NCBI GenBank assembly: GCA_021817945.1
Contig: JAKAFL010000010.1
Span: 25,363 to 89,362, forward strand
DNA length: 64,000 nucleotides
Direction: 5' to 3'
From: a bacterium
Lineage (GTDB): Bacteria; Verrucomicrobiota; Verrucomicrobiia; Limisphaerales; UBA11358
Each line of letters starts with the position of its first letter. The stretch's first letter is position 1. The translations under genes were made by a program, and so were the position numbers. The notes beneath the pieces were generated by a model. It worked only from the letters and a program-made list of their open reading frames with translations. It had not been told where the DNA came from and did no database searches. Below are positions 9,145-19,046 of this stretch, one piece after another.

Positions 9145-10560
9145 TCAAGCCAAAGTCCAGGGAGTCCGATAATCCCGGCCCAACATTTTGGATGCTTTGG
9201 CGTTTTTCAAAATTTGTTCCGTGGCCACATCCCAGTGGATGGTGTCTCCAGTAACCATGCTGATATATCCCAAATGTCCTGGAATGGTGGAATGATGCCC
9301 CACCTCGACCGGGGTAATGGTGGGTTGCCGGGATTTGACGCAATCCAAAAAATTAGCCTGGTGGTTGTTGGAGACATAAAGCTTGATCTTGCGCAAATCC
9401 TCAGGCAGCGACTTTCCATGTTTCCAATCCGGGTTTGAAGCATCAAATCCACCCCGATCCACCCACACCCAGCCCGATGAGCCAATCCATTTCACTCCAC
9501 TGCGAATCTCCTTATGCCCGCCAGCAATGACGAAATCCACATCGCGGTCGTAACCCGTGATTTCTTTCTTGTACAAGGCCTCGACCCGGTACTTTGGACT
9601 GGTGTTATAAACGGCATTTGACGGGGGCATTTCACCATGGGCCTTTACTGTTGAAGGTCCAGAAAGGTCAAATCCCAACCCCCAGTGGGCAATATCACAA
9701 TGATGCCCAATCCAATCCATCAACTGGCCTCCGCCTGTATTGTAGTTCCAGCGCCAATTCTTGTTGATTCGAGCGTCAATGTAGGGCTCCATCCGGGAAG
9801 GGCCTATCCAGGTATTGTAATCCAAGGTGGACGGGGGATCGCTTACCAGAAGGTTCCATGCGTCTGTGCCTGGGACCACTTGGGAAAGGTCCTGGATTTT
9901 TTGCGGCAGGCTGGCAATTTTAGCCAGCGCCACCTTGCCTTGGCCTGAAAAATCCGTGTGGCCGGAGGGCAGCCCCACTTCCACCCGGCGGACGGTTCCA
10001 ATCAACCCATTTCGGACTATTTCCGCCGCCTTGTGAAAAATGGGCGTGGAGCGTTGCCATGAACCCATTTGCCAGATGATTTGGTTTTGCTCAACAGCGC
10101 GGACGATTGCCTGTTGTTCCGCAATGGTTTTGGCCAGCGGTTTTTCGCCATAAACATCTTTTTTTCGACGGGCGGCCTCGGTGCCCACCAGCGCATGCCA
10201 GTGATCCGGCACGGCAATCATTACCGCATCTATATCATCGCAGGCCAGCAACTCGCGATAATCATGGTAGCCTCGGCAGTCCTTGGCTTGGTTGGAATCA
10301 TTGATCATGTCAATGGCATCCTGCAAATGCCCTGAATCCACATCGCAAGCCGCCATCACACGGCATTGGGGAAGAGATAAAAACGAGCGCGTATTTCCCG
10401 GGCCCTGCCAACCCATTCCAATCACTCCCAGATTGATCCGGTTTGACGGCCGATTCTGCCCAAAAATGGACGAGGGCAGGATCATGGGCAAAGCCATGGC
10501 GGCTCCAGTCCGCAGTAAAAATTTTCTCCGGTTCAGGCGGGTGGAAGTGATTGATTTCAT
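9145..10560 (-). CDS. Gfo/Idh/MocA family oxidoreductase with twin-arginine signal
   Basis: 471 aa. Tat-type leader TRLNRRKFLLRTGAAMALP. Rossmann start INLGVIGMGWQG. EKP motif (YGEKPLAKT). Confidence 0.85.
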   Translation of the reverse strand: MKSITSTRLNRRKFLLRTGAAMALPMILPSSIFGQNRPSNRINLGVIGMGWQGPGNTRSFLSLPQCRVMAACDVDSGHLQDAIDMINDSNQAKDCRGYHDYRELLACDDIDAVMIAVPDHWHALVGTEAARRKKDVYGEKPLAKTIAEQQAIVRAVEQNQIIWQMGSWQRSTPIFHKAAEIVRNGLIGTVRRVEVGLPSGHTDFSGQGKVALAKIASLPQKIQDLSQVVPGTDAWNLLVSDPPSTLDYNTWIGPSRMEPYIDARINKNWRWNYNTGGGQLMDWIGHHCDIAHWGLGFDLSGPSTVKAHGEMPPSNAVYNTSPKYRVEALYKKEITGYDRDVDFVIAGGHKEIRSGVKWIGSSGWVWVDRGGFDASNPDWKHGKSLPEDLRKIKLYVSNNHQANFLDCVKSRQPTITPVEVGHHSTIPGHLGYISMVTGDTIHWDVATEQILKNAKASKMLGRDYRTPWTLA

Positions 10561-10983
10561 GTTGTTTTGGTGCTTGTTACCACAAAGACTAAACCATGAG
10601 CAGGAGTCGTGACCACAAGTTTTTTTGAAAAAACCGTGCTCCCAGGAGGATGCCAGATCGGAGGGGACTATTTTCTGAAACGCTCAGGCGGCATGTTGCA
10701 GAATTATCATTTTAGATTATATTTTTTCAGGAAACCCAGAAACATGGCTGCGAATAGATTTTTTGAAGTTGGAGGCCCTGTTTGGATGGCAAGAGGAGGG
10801 CTTTTTGGTTCCCGCCGTCATGCCCGACACGAAGCCAATAAGCGCCTCATGGCGCCGCGAGAACCTGGCAGTCCGGTCCCAATGCCCGTTTTCATTACTG
10901 GCAGGTGGAAAGCAAATGGGAGGGAATTTCCGCCTTCGAAGCCGGCGTTTGGCTTGAGTTTTTTCTTTTATTCAAGGCGGTCA

Positions 10984-11478
10984 ATGTTTGGACATGGCCT
11001 TTGGCTTGCAACTGTTTTGGCGCTTTCATCAATGCTCACTTCCTTTGGGCAGGATGTCATTGAGTTGGGGAATCAGTCCGTATCTTTCACAAACTTGCTG
11101 GGACGGGCCTACGAGAAGGTTCAGTTGGAACGGGCGACGATGGATGGGCTTATTTATTCCCAGACAAACACGTTTAAGGTGGGCTTGGTGCGTTATTCCG
11201 ACCTGGCCACCAATTTTCTTGCCGGGTTGAAAATTCCTGAAACATTTCTGGCAAAGGCGGCGCGTCACCAACAGGAACTAGACCAGCAAAAAAAGGAGTT
11301 CGACGTGGCAGCGTACTTTAGGTCACTGCAAAACCTTGCAAACATCGTACCCAACACGAATAACATCTCCACCAATAATCCCTCCAAGAAGGGTTCGAAC
11401 GGCCGACAAAACGCATCGGCGCCTGGGAACCCATTGGATACCCCGCATTATTACCGGATCAGAATCATTCGCCGATAG
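10984..11478 (+). CDS. secreted hypothetical protein
   Basis: The track ORF opens at 10609, but only from the ATG at 10984 does it look protein-like. It has a signal peptide MFGHGLWLATVLALSSMLTSFGQ and a low-complexity N/S-rich tail. No family recognised. Confidence 0.45.
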   Translation: MFGHGLWLATVLALSSMLTSFGQDVIELGNQSVSFTNLLGRAYEKVQLERATMDGLIYSQTNTFKVGLVRYSDLATNFLAGLKIPETFLAKAARHQQELDQQKKEFDVAAYFRSLQNLANIVPNTNNISTNNPSKKGSNGRQNASAPGNPLDTPHYYRIRIIRR

Positions 11479-11588
11479 CGGCGATTGGGCTTACATCCGT
11501 TTGTCGGCAGGGGACTGCGTCTTGCCATCGGTTTAGGCCTGCTGTGAGACAGACGGTTTGTGATTGCCCGGGAATAAGCGGGTTATGG

Positions 11589-12491
11589 TCATTTGTCTCG
11601 TTTGAGCAGGTGCTGCGCCAAAGCCTCCAATGCAGCGGCGCGACCCCGGAACGGTTTCAAGGCAGAGAAAGCCTTCCGGGTGAGGTCGGCAGCAACGCGG
11701 CGGGATTTTTCCAGCCCCACCAAAGAGGGATAGGTGGCTTTTTGCGCAGCGATATCCTTGCCTGCAGTTTTACCAAGCTGCTCGCTGCTTTGCGTCACGT
11801 CCAAAATGTCATCTATGACTTGAAAGGCCAGTCCCACGTTGTAGCCAAATTCGGTCAGGGCTTTCAACTGGCTTGGAGTGCAATTCGCGCTCATTCCACC
11901 AAGGCGTACCGAGCAGCAAAGCAAGGCCGATGTTTTTCTCTCATGAATGTAACGCAGGTCGGCCAGCTTTAATTTTTTACCTTCCCCCTCCAGGTCGGCA
12001 ACCTGTCCGGCCACTAATTGCAGGGACCCGGAGGCCCGGGCCAGTTCCAGGATCAAATCGCGGTGGCCATACCTGGGCCACCCCCTGGAGGCGGAAGCGA
12101 TTTCAAATGCCTGGGTCAGGAGGGCGTCCCCGGCAAGGATGGCAATACCTTCTCCAAACACTTTGTGGTTGGTGGGTTTTCCGCGCCGGAAATCGTCATT
12201 ATCCATGGCCGGCAAATCATCGTGGACGAGGGAGTAAGTGTGAATGCATTCCACCGCGCATGCCAGTGGCATGGCATCGCCTTGCTTTCCGCCGCAGGCT
12301 TCCGCCGCCGCCAACAGTATGGCGGGACGCATGCGCTTGCCACCCGCAAAGAGGGAATACCTCATGGCTTCATGCAGGGTGGATGGACGCATTTTCCCCG
12401 GTGGCAGAAAATGATCCAGAGCCTGGTTCACCGCCTCGGTTTTTTGGTTCAAAAACGCGTTCAGATCAAATGCTTTTCCCTTGGTGGTCAT
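11589..12491 (-). CDS. polyprenyl diphosphate synthase (FPP/GGPP synthase family)
   Basis: First aspartate-rich motif DDLPAMDNDDFRRG and second motif DDILD. Start moved to the ATG at 12491 (MTTKGKAFD...) because the track start at 12659 would overlap rpoZ. Confidence 0.9.
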   Translation of the reverse strand: MTTKGKAFDLNAFLNQKTEAVNQALDHFLPPGKMRPSTLHEAMRYSLFAGGKRMRPAILLAAAEACGGKQGDAMPLACAVECIHTYSLVHDDLPAMDNDDFRRGKPTNHKVFGEGIAILAGDALLTQAFEIASASRGWPRYGHRDLILELARASGSLQLVAGQVADLEGEGKKLKLADLRYIHERKTSALLCCSVRLGGMSANCTPSQLKALTEFGYNVGLAFQVIDDILDVTQSSEQLGKTAGKDIAAQKATYPSLVGLEKSRRVAADLTRKAFSALKPFRGRAAALEALAQHLLKRDK

Positions 12492-12597
12492 AATATTGGC
12501 CCCCCAAAATGCCGGAAATCGGTTGGCGTTTGAAGGCATTTTTTGACGTTGCGCCAGCGCCTTTGTTCCGCTATGATGTGGGGCTATTGTTAATTGA

Positions 12598-12852
12598 ATG
12601 AACGCTGAACTTTGCAAAAAAGCCCTGGAAAAAGTTGGAAACCCCAATGTGCTGGTCAATCTCGTCTCCCGCCGAGTGCGCCAGTTGAATTCAGGGGGCG
12701 GTGGTTTGGGTCAGCCATTGATCATGGATGCGGGCACGCTGGGTCTCTCGGATATCGCCTTGCGTGAGATTATTGAGGAAAAAATCGGCTGGAATTTGCC
12801 GGAGCAGCAGGCGGCCGTGCGGCCTGTCGCTAAAAAGCGCAAAAAGCACTGA
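12598..12852 (+). CDS. rpoZ: DNA-directed RNA polymerase subunit omega
   Basis: 84 aa. The N-terminal segment ...KVGNPNVLVNLVSRRVRQL... matches the omega consensus (NRF/Y.LV..A.RRARQL). Confidence 0.75.
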   Translation: MNAELCKKALEKVGNPNVLVNLVSRRVRQLNSGGGGLGQPLIMDAGTLGLSDIALREIIEEKIGWNLPEQQAAVRPVAKKRKKH

Positions 12853-13023
12853 TTCCAAGCCCCGCACCGGCCGCTCGACACCATCGGCCCAATTATTTCG
12901 TTCGCCCGGAATGGACATCCGGGCAGGCAATTTTCGGGAAAATTTGCGAAATTTTTTTGTTTCCCAGATTTTTTCTTTCGCTTTTCTAATGTGTTAAGGC
13001 CCTAACCCGGCTAAATTTCTATC

Positions 13024-13479
13024 ATGGCTGATATCGTGAGCAATCCCAAAGCCCGCCGTGATTACCATATCCTCGAGGTTTTCGAGGCTGGAATAGTCCT
13101 GCAGGGAACAGAGGTAAAGGCCTTGCGCGCAGGCAAGGGCCAAATGGGTGATGCTTTTGCCCGGGTCGAGAAAAATGAGGTCTGGCTGTACAACGCTCAC
13201 ATAGACGAATATAGCCACGGCAACCTTGGAAACCATGTTCCCAAGTCCCCCCGCAAACTTTTGCTGCATCGCGCCGAGATTCGCAAAATATTTGGCCTGG
13301 CTTCGGTCCAAGGCCATGCCTTGGTGCCCCTGGCTTTTTACTGGAAAAACGGCAAAGTGAAGGTCTCCCTGGGAGTTGGAAAGGGGAAACTGGCTTATGA
13401 CAAACGGGAGGACCTCAAGAAACGCGATTCGGACAGGGAGCTTAAGCGGGCCGGAATGAAATGGTCCAAGGGAAAATAA
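13024..13479 (+). CDS. smpB: SsrA-binding protein
   Basis: 151 aa. NPKARRDYHILEVFEAGIVLQGTEVKALR...HIDEY...NH.P.R.RKLLLH..EI, canonical SmpB. Confidence 0.95.
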   Translation: MADIVSNPKARRDYHILEVFEAGIVLQGTEVKALRAGKGQMGDAFARVEKNEVWLYNAHIDEYSHGNLGNHVPKSPRKLLLHRAEIRKIFGLASVQGHALVPLAFYWKNGKVKVSLGVGKGKLAYDKREDLKKRDSDRELKRAGMKWSKGK

Positions 13480-13819
13480 AAATCGAGTATAGAGTGGAGT
13501 GGTTTAGGAAAATCTCCGGGGAGGGAGCAAGGCTTTTCGGTTATTGGCGATGGAACACCCATTTGTGACCGGGTTTTGACCCGGCCGGATCACAGGGAAA
13601 AACCATGACTTTTCGCCCCTGCCAACCAACCAAAATACACGCTGCAAACAAACTACAGGGCTGAAAGTCTTTTCAAAACGACCCGTTTCAACTTCCACTC
13701 CCCCATTCCAAACACTTCGCCAGCAGAGTCAGGCAGTGGGTTGGTCTGCCGACAATTCATGCCTCGGGGATACTTCAGGGCAAGCCCTGTTTCCTCTGGT
13801 TCCTGAGCGGTTCGCTGAA

Positions 13820-14089
13820 TCAGGCTTTGCCTGCCGATTCTTTCTTCCAAGTGCGGCGCGGGGCCTTGGTGACCAAGCCCTTTTTGAGGGCGCTGGCAGC
13901 CACGCGCACATAGCGCACCTCGCCATTGGGAAGAATGGCCTTCACACGCTGGAGATTCACCATGAAACGACGTTTGGTGATCGCCGTGACGTGGGTACCA
14001 ATACCTCCGGACTTTTTAGATTTACCACTGCGCCAGATAATGCTGCCCTTCATCGGGCGTTTGCCGGTCATTTCACAAATGCGTGCCAT
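13820..14089 (-). CDS. rpmB: 50S ribosomal protein L28
   Basis: From the ATG at 14089: MARICEMTGKRPMKG...THVTAITKRRFMVNLQRV, the L28 N-terminal signature (M.+.C..tGK+p..Gn...). Confidence 0.88.
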   Translation of the reverse strand: MARICEMTGKRPMKGSIIWRSGKSKKSGGIGTHVTAITKRRFMVNLQRVKAILPNGEVRYVRVAASALKKGLVTKAPRRTWKKESAGKA

Positions 14090-14681
14090 AAATTTCCTGT
14101 ATAAATAGTCTGGAATCATAGCAATTAAATGGATTATGGCAAGGGATATTTAATTTTTGAATTTTCAATGTTTTCGCGCCGATTTTGTTTATTCATAGAT
14201 CGGGTCAATTTTTATGTGAAAATTTGAGCGTATATGCCAAACGCGAGGTTTGATTTTCCAATATTCAAGGATGGAGCCGGCAAGACCCAGATGAGTGGCT
14301 TCTCTGGGGAAGATGCCGGCAAAACGAATTCTGCCATGAGCTGTGTTTTTGTTTTGAGCTTCATGTTGCGCAAGAATAGCCAGGCGCCAAATCTTCCAAT
14401 TCAACGACACCGACAGGCTGGAGAGGGGTGAAGCCATCAGGTTTTTATCGTGTCCAAGAACTATATCTTTTCCTGCAAAAGTAGCTTAAATTAAGGAATT
14501 TGACACGAACTTAAATCGATTGGCCAGTTGCCCGACCCAAGCCATGACAGGTCGGATTTTTCAGCGGAAATGCCCTACACAAACCAGGTGGCATGTCATA
14601 ATTCAGAGTCTTTATATCATAAAACGAATGATTATTCCTTAACCCACAATCCCCGGTCGCGGTCTATCCTCGCACTTAAAT

Positions 14682-15641
14682 ATGAAATTAATAAATTCTA
14701 TTCAAAAGATGTCCATCCTTTCATTTGGCGCGGGATTAACATTGGCGTTGGTTTTTTTCACCACAATCCCTTTTTTGCAAGCTCAGGAGCCATCCGCAGT
14801 GGCGCCGTCCAAACTGTCCCGCACGGTCGGGTTGGACATCGTCCAGCATGTCGTCAACCCGGATAACACCATCAGCCTGACGTTTCATTGGAGCGAAAAA
14901 GGGCACGACTTCCAGCGCACAGTGGTGGCAACTGACCAGACGATAGTGGTTTACAATGGACATATCATGACCATGAAAGATTTGACGGACGATCAATATA
15001 AAGCCAAAGCGGTGGCAACGGTGAAATCGGATGGGACCACGGTAGTTTTGTTAAGGTTTGGCAAGAAACCGCTGCCCAAGAATCAGTTAACCCCGGCCCA
15101 GCGGGCATTATTGGCCAGTCTGGCGCCTGCTCCTACGGCGGCCTCGGACACTGCGCTCGACCACCGGGTGGAATCCATTATTCAATCCTTGAATCTGTCC
15201 GATGCAGAGCAATCCCGACGGGTCTCTGCAGTTCTTGAGGCTGATTTGCGCGCCGTCCGGGATGCGCATAACTCCGGTCTGGAACTGGACCCTTCAGTTC
15301 ACCAACAATTCATCGAAGGCTTGGCGGCCAACCTCACTCCAGATCAGGTGGAGATGGTCAAGGACAAGCTCACCTTGAACAAAATGCCCATCACTTTCAA
15401 AGTCTATCAACAAATCATTCCCAACCTGAAGCCATCCGACAAGGCGCGCATTTTATCGCTGCTCGGAGAAGCGCGAGAAAAGAGCCTTGACCAAAAGAAC
15501 GTGGATGAAATGACTCCTATTTTCAAAAAATACAAACTTGAAATTCAGAAGTATCTGGAGAGCCAGGGATATGACTGGAATGGGTCGTACAAGGCTTTCG
15601 TGCAAGGTCAAAAAGCAAAGCCTTCCCCGGGGAATAACTAG
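14682..15641 (+). CDS. secreted protein, C-terminal half DUF3826-like
   Basis: 319 aa. Signal/anchor SILSFGAGLTLALVFFTTIPFLQAQ. The helical C-terminal region (LNLSDAEQSRRVSAVL...LTPDQVEMVKDKLT...) recalls DUF3826, but this assignment is from memory only. Confidence 0.55.
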   Translation: MKLINSIQKMSILSFGAGLTLALVFFTTIPFLQAQEPSAVAPSKLSRTVGLDIVQHVVNPDNTISLTFHWSEKGHDFQRTVVATDQTIVVYNGHIMTMKDLTDDQYKAKAVATVKSDGTTVVLLRFGKKPLPKNQLTPAQRALLASLAPAPTAASDTALDHRVESIIQSLNLSDAEQSRRVSAVLEADLRAVRDAHNSGLELDPSVHQQFIEGLAANLTPDQVEMVKDKLTLNKMPITFKVYQQIIPNLKPSDKARILSLLGEAREKSLDQKNVDEMTPIFKKYKLEIQKYLESQGYDWNGSYKAFVQGQKAKPSPGNN

Positions 15642-15823
15642 AGCCTTGCAAGCGAAATCCCAGCGCCTTTTCAACGGATTTCACGGTTTCCTTCTCAGTA
15701 AAAAAAGGTTTTGCAGCGTTGCGGTTCTTTGGGGACCAAAAACGAAGGCAAAGGTGGAGTATGCTTGCAAAGTGCGGAAGGAAAGCCCACACAGGCAGCA
15801 GAAATTCCACCCAACAGCTTAAA

Positions 15824-15986
15824 CCCGAAAAGCGACATTGAAAGGGTCAAGATGCGGCAAGATGCGGGAGCGGAAACGCTTTTGAGAGATCGAAACCATA
15901 CCCGAAGCGGTCTGGTGAGATTTTTCCAAAGAGTTTGCGCCCAGCAGATTAGGGCAGATTGGCCTTTTGAATTTCGTTTTTGAGGG
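15824..15986 (+). repeat. palindromic intergenic repeat (MITE/ERIC-like), full-length copy 1, orientation A
   Basis: Starts CCCGAAAAGCGACATTGAAAGG and ends CCTTTTGAATTTCGTTTTTGAGGG, which are terminal inverted repeats. About 90% identical by eye to 31696-31857 and to the reverse complement of 36407-36568. Confidence 0.9.
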
Positions 15987-15997
15987 TTAAAACCACG

Positions 15998-16008
15998 CCC
16001 CCCCCCCC
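15998..16008. repeat. homopolymeric C11 tract
   Basis: Eleven consecutive C residues, counted directly (cacgCCCCCCCCCCCag). Intergenic, 12 nt after repeat copy 1. Confidence 0.95.
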
Positions 16009-16238
16009 AGCCAATTTTAAAACAGTCTCAATCCACTCTGGAATCGAGGCGTGGTAACGGCCTGAGAATGAGGAACGATTATATTGCAAGCGCTAGGCAG
16101 CCAGTTGATTTCAGGCACCGGCTCAAGGCTCAATGTTTGACGTGGCAAGGGTGCTAAGAGAACGGCAGCTTTTCCAAAATATCTTGCACAAAAATCGTCG
16201 GCAGGTGCCATTTCGATGGCAGAAATGATTTAAAAGGA

Positions 16239-16314
16239 TGGGGTGGCCGACGGGATTCGAACCCGCAACAACAAGCTCCACAAGCTTGGACTCTACCATT
16301 GAGCTACGACCACC
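16239..16314 (-). tRNA. tRNA-His (anticodon GTG)
   Basis: Reverse complement folds as a cloverleaf: G(-1)-GTGGTCG-TA-GCTC-AATGGTA-GAGT-C-CAAGC-TTGTGGA-GCTTG-TTGTT-GCGGG-TTCGAAT-CCCGT-CGGCCAC-C-CCA. The G-1 is encoded and pairs with C73, which is the His identity element. The CCA is encoded. Confidence 0.92.
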
Positions 16315-16476
16315 AATCTGAATATCAGCCTTAAGTCGGCACCGATTAGGACCATGGTTCGTGAACTCATTCCCAAAACGGCTGATTTCCAGGACACTGA
16401 AGTCCTGAAGTGGTTTTCAAGGCTTCAACCCCGAGCCGACAAACACTATGGCTTTAGAATAAGAAGCGGCGCCGGA

Positions 16477-17436
16477 TTAGTCAAGTTTCGCTGCAATGGC
16501 TTGTGCCAGCTTGCCAGCATCCGCGTTAAAAAGACGCACGCCCTCGGCGGTTTTTTCTGTAGCCATGGCATTTTCGTTCAGCAGCCAGCGAAAACGTGCC
16601 TCGTTGATCTGGATTTTTTCAATCTTGGACTGGCACGCTAGTTCTGGCGAGAGTTTACGGGCAAGCGGGCTGGTGTTTTTCTGGAGTTCGGCGAGGAGAT
16701 TGGGGCTGATGGTCAGCAAATCGCAGCCGGCCAATTCTTGAATCTCGCCCACGTTTCTGAAGCTGGCGCCCATTACCTCAGTGGCATAGCCAAATTTTTT
16801 GTAATAGGAGTAGATTTCCCTAACGGAAAGAACCCCGGGGTCCTCGGCGGGGCCAAACTCCCGTTTGTCCCGGGCCTTGTACCAATCCATGATGCGTCCC
16901 ACGAACGGAGAAATCAGTTTGGCTCCGGCTTCGGCGCAGGCAACGGCTTGGGGAAGAGAGAAAAGCAGTGTCAGATTGCAATTGATGCCATCGCGTTGAA
17001 GGATTTCTGCGGCGCGAATGCCCTCCCAGGTGGAGGCGATTTTAATGAGAATTCGCTCCTTGGGGATGTTGTGGGCCTTGTAAAGCTCAATGAAACGCCG
17101 CCCCTTGGCAACCAAGGCGGCGGTGTCAAAGGACATGTTTGCATCCGTTTCGGTGGAGACCCGTCCGGGCACAATTTTGAGAATTTCCACCCCGAAAAGA
17201 ATCAAGAGGTCATCCATGATCCGGCCAAGGCGCTGGGATGGCGCGGACGAACGGTTGTCGGTGATGGCCTTCTCCACCAAAAACTGATACTCGGGCATTT
17301 GGGCGGCCTTGAAAATCAGGGAGGGGTTTGTGGTGGCATCCCTGGGGGCAAACTGGCGGAGGCTGGCAAAATCGCCGGTGTCGGCCACCACCGTGGTGAA
17401 CTGCTTGAGTTGATCGAGTTGTGAAGGAGCATTCAT
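16477..17436 (-). CDS. tal: transaldolase (TalB type)
   Basis: From the ATG at 17436: [23 protein letters not shown]...ATTNPSL...[13 protein letters not shown], the classical transaldolase motifs. Confidence 0.93.
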   Translation of the reverse strand: MNAPSQLDQLKQFTTVVADTGDFASLRQFAPRDATTNPSLIFKAAQMPEYQFLVEKAITDNRSSAPSQRLGRIMDDLLILFGVEILKIVPGRVSTETDANMSFDTAALVAKGRRFIELYKAHNIPKERILIKIASTWEGIRAAEILQRDGINCNLTLLFSLPQAVACAEAGAKLISPFVGRIMDWYKARDKREFGPAEDPGVLSVREIYSYYKKFGYATEVMGASFRNVGEIQELAGCDLLTISPNLLAELQKNTSPLARKLSPELACQSKIEKIQINEARFRWLLNENAMATEKTAEGVRLFNADAGKLAQAIAAKLD

Positions 17437-17565
17437 GGGCGGTTCAGTTAAATTTTCAAGATCATCCATTCATATGGATTTAAAACCTAAAATACCCCCT
17501 CAGCAGCCTTTGGCAAACTTTTTGACAGTCACCGCGCATGGTTTAAGATGGACGCTCACTGAATT

Positions 17566-19026
17566 ATGGCGACGCATTACCTGGCATACGACCTTGGAGC
17601 AGACAGCGGGCGATTGATTTTGGGTACGCTGGATGAAGGCCGGCTCACTTTGGAAGAGATACACCGCTTTCAAAACGGACCGGTTAAAAATACCGGCGCG
17701 CTCTATTGGAACCTTGATGGGATTTTCACCGAGCTTAAGGCTGGGCTGAAGAAAGCCAGCGCCTGCGGCAAGCCCATTGCCAGCCTGAGCACTGATTCCT
17801 GGGGGGTGGATTATGCCTTGTATGACGAGCGAGGAATCATCATGCCACCGGTTTGGTGCTATCGGGATGGGCGGACCGCCTTGGGAATCGAGAATGCCCA
17901 GGCGAAGGTGGACTGGCCCACCACGTATGCCATCACGGGGATTCAGTTCATGGGCTTTAACACCCTATACCAGATTGCCAGTGAGCCTGCCGATCGCCTG
18001 GCCCGGGCCCGCCAGATTTTGCTGATCGGCGACGCGGTGAATCATTTTAGCAGTGGAGTGGCACGGAACGAAGTTTCACTTGCCAGCACCACCCAGTTAT
18101 ACGACCCGCGCCAACGCCGCTGGTCGGATCGCCTGTTCGCAGCGGTGGGATTGCGCGAAAACCAATTCGCCCCAATTTGCGCTTCGGGAACCCGTCTGGG
18201 CCCCTTGAAAAGGAGCTTGTCTGCCGAGTGCGGCCTGCCCTCCATTGAAGTTATTGCCTCCTGTTCCCATGATACAGGCGCCGCCGTGGCCGCCATTCCT
18301 GCTGCCTCTAAAAATTGGGCCTACCTCAGTTCGGGCACCTGGTCTCTGATGGGGGTGGAACTTCCAGAACCGGTCATTAGTGAGCAATCCAGAACACTGG
18401 GGTTCACCAACGAAATTGGATACGGCCATAGCGTGCGGTTGCTCAAAAACATCATTGGCCTGTGGCTGGTTCAGGAATGCCGCCGGCATTGGGCGCGGGA
18501 AGGCCATAAGTTTGATTTCACGGAACTGGAGCGGATGGCTGCCTCCTCAGCGCCTTTTGTTTCCCTCATTAACCCGGATGACGCCCGTTTTATGGGTCCC
18601 GAAAACATGCCTGGCAAAATTGCGGACTTTTGCCGCGAAACCGGCCAACCGGTCCCTTCCACCCCAGGAGCCACCATGCGCTGCATCTATGAAAGTCTGG
18701 CCCTGTTTTACAGGGTCACCCTCCGGCGACTGGAAAAACTCACCGGGCGCAAAATCGAGGTCATGCACATCGTGGGCGGCGGGAGCAAGGATGCCACGCT
18801 CAACCAATTTGCAGCCAACGCCATGAAAATCCCCGTGCTGGCTGGCCCGACTGAATGCGCCGCCCTGGGCAATATCCTCATACAGGCTTTGGCCTTGAGC
18901 CACATTCCCACGCTTGATGCCGCCCGCAATATCGTCCGGGATTCCTGCCCAGTTCAAACCTTCAACCCCACGGATGCCGACCTGTGGGATTCCACAGCCC
19001 AGCGCTTTAACTCTCTTCTCGGCTAA
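17566..19026 (+). CDS. rhaB: rhamnulokinase (FGGY kinase family)
   Basis: 486 aa, collinear with E. coli RhaB blocks: DLGADSGR, IHRFQNGPV, DSWGVDY, YRDGRT, GIQFMGFNTLYQ, SHDTGAAV, YLSSGTWSLMG, LKNIIGLWL, INPDDARF, IVGGGSKDATLNQ. Confidence 0.88.
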   Translation: MATHYLAYDLGADSGRLILGTLDEGRLTLEEIHRFQNGPVKNTGALYWNLDGIFTELKAGLKKASACGKPIASLSTDSWGVDYALYDERGIIMPPVWCYRDGRTALGIENAQAKVDWPTTYAITGIQFMGFNTLYQIASEPADRLARARQILLIGDAVNHFSSGVARNEVSLASTTQLYDPRQRRWSDRLFAAVGLRENQFAPICASGTRLGPLKRSLSAECGLPSIEVIASCSHDTGAAVAAIPAASKNWAYLSSGTWSLMGVELPEPVISEQSRTLGFTNEIGYGHSVRLLKNIIGLWLVQECRRHWAREGHKFDFTELERMAASSAPFVSLINPDDARFMGPENMPGKIADFCRETGQPVPSTPGATMRCIYESLALFYRVTLRRLEKLTGRKIEVMHIVGGGSKDATLNQFAANAMKIPVLAGPTECAALGNILIQALALSHIPTLDAARNIVRDSCPVQTFNPTDADLWDSTAQRFNSLLG

Positions 19027-19046
19027 ACCTCATCCGAAGCGCAACC

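Noticed and set aside
10609-10983. The N-terminal 125 codons of track ORF 10609-11478.
   Set aside because: The translation (…FFEKTVLPGGCQIGGDYFLKRSGG…RHARHEANKRLMAPREPGS…) has no protein-like features. A good signal peptide starts at the internal ATG at 10984. The upstream 420 bp is treated as intergenic.
12931-12960. Fragments resembling the repeat terminus: TTTTCGGGAAAATTTGCGAAATT at about 12931, and TTTTGAATTTTCAATGTTTTCGCG at about 14150.
   Set aside because: Each shares only about 8-12 nt with the element ends and has no extended alignment. This is not enough to call them degenerate copies.
13492-13503. A 12-nt identity (GAGTGGAGTGGT) between the smpB downstream region and the sequence spanning the tmRNA 3' end (35834-35845). 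This could be an attachment-site remnant.
   Set aside because: A single 12-mer match is expected many times by chance in 64 kb on two strands, and there is no extended similarity on either side.
13480-13819. The 340-bp gap between smpB and rpmB was examined for a tmRNA, 6S RNA or rpmG (L33) gene, because of the smpB and rpmB context.
   Set aside because: I found no tRNA-like acceptor/T-arm and no L33-like frame (the best minus-strand ORF is 17 aa). Only short hairpins are present (CAGGG-CTTG-CCCTG and CCGGG-TCAAAA-CCCGG). I cannot support an RNA gene by eye. A covariance-model scan would be the proper test.
15711-15983. ORFs 15711-15983, 30767-31081, 31618-31953 and 36348-36545 share peptide strings such as NPKNEIQKANL.QSTGR and could look like a small gene family.
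   Set aside because: The shared peptides come from the palindromic DNA repeat being translated. The frames and strands are inconsistent between copies, the deletion copy breaks the frame, and no start context is conserved.
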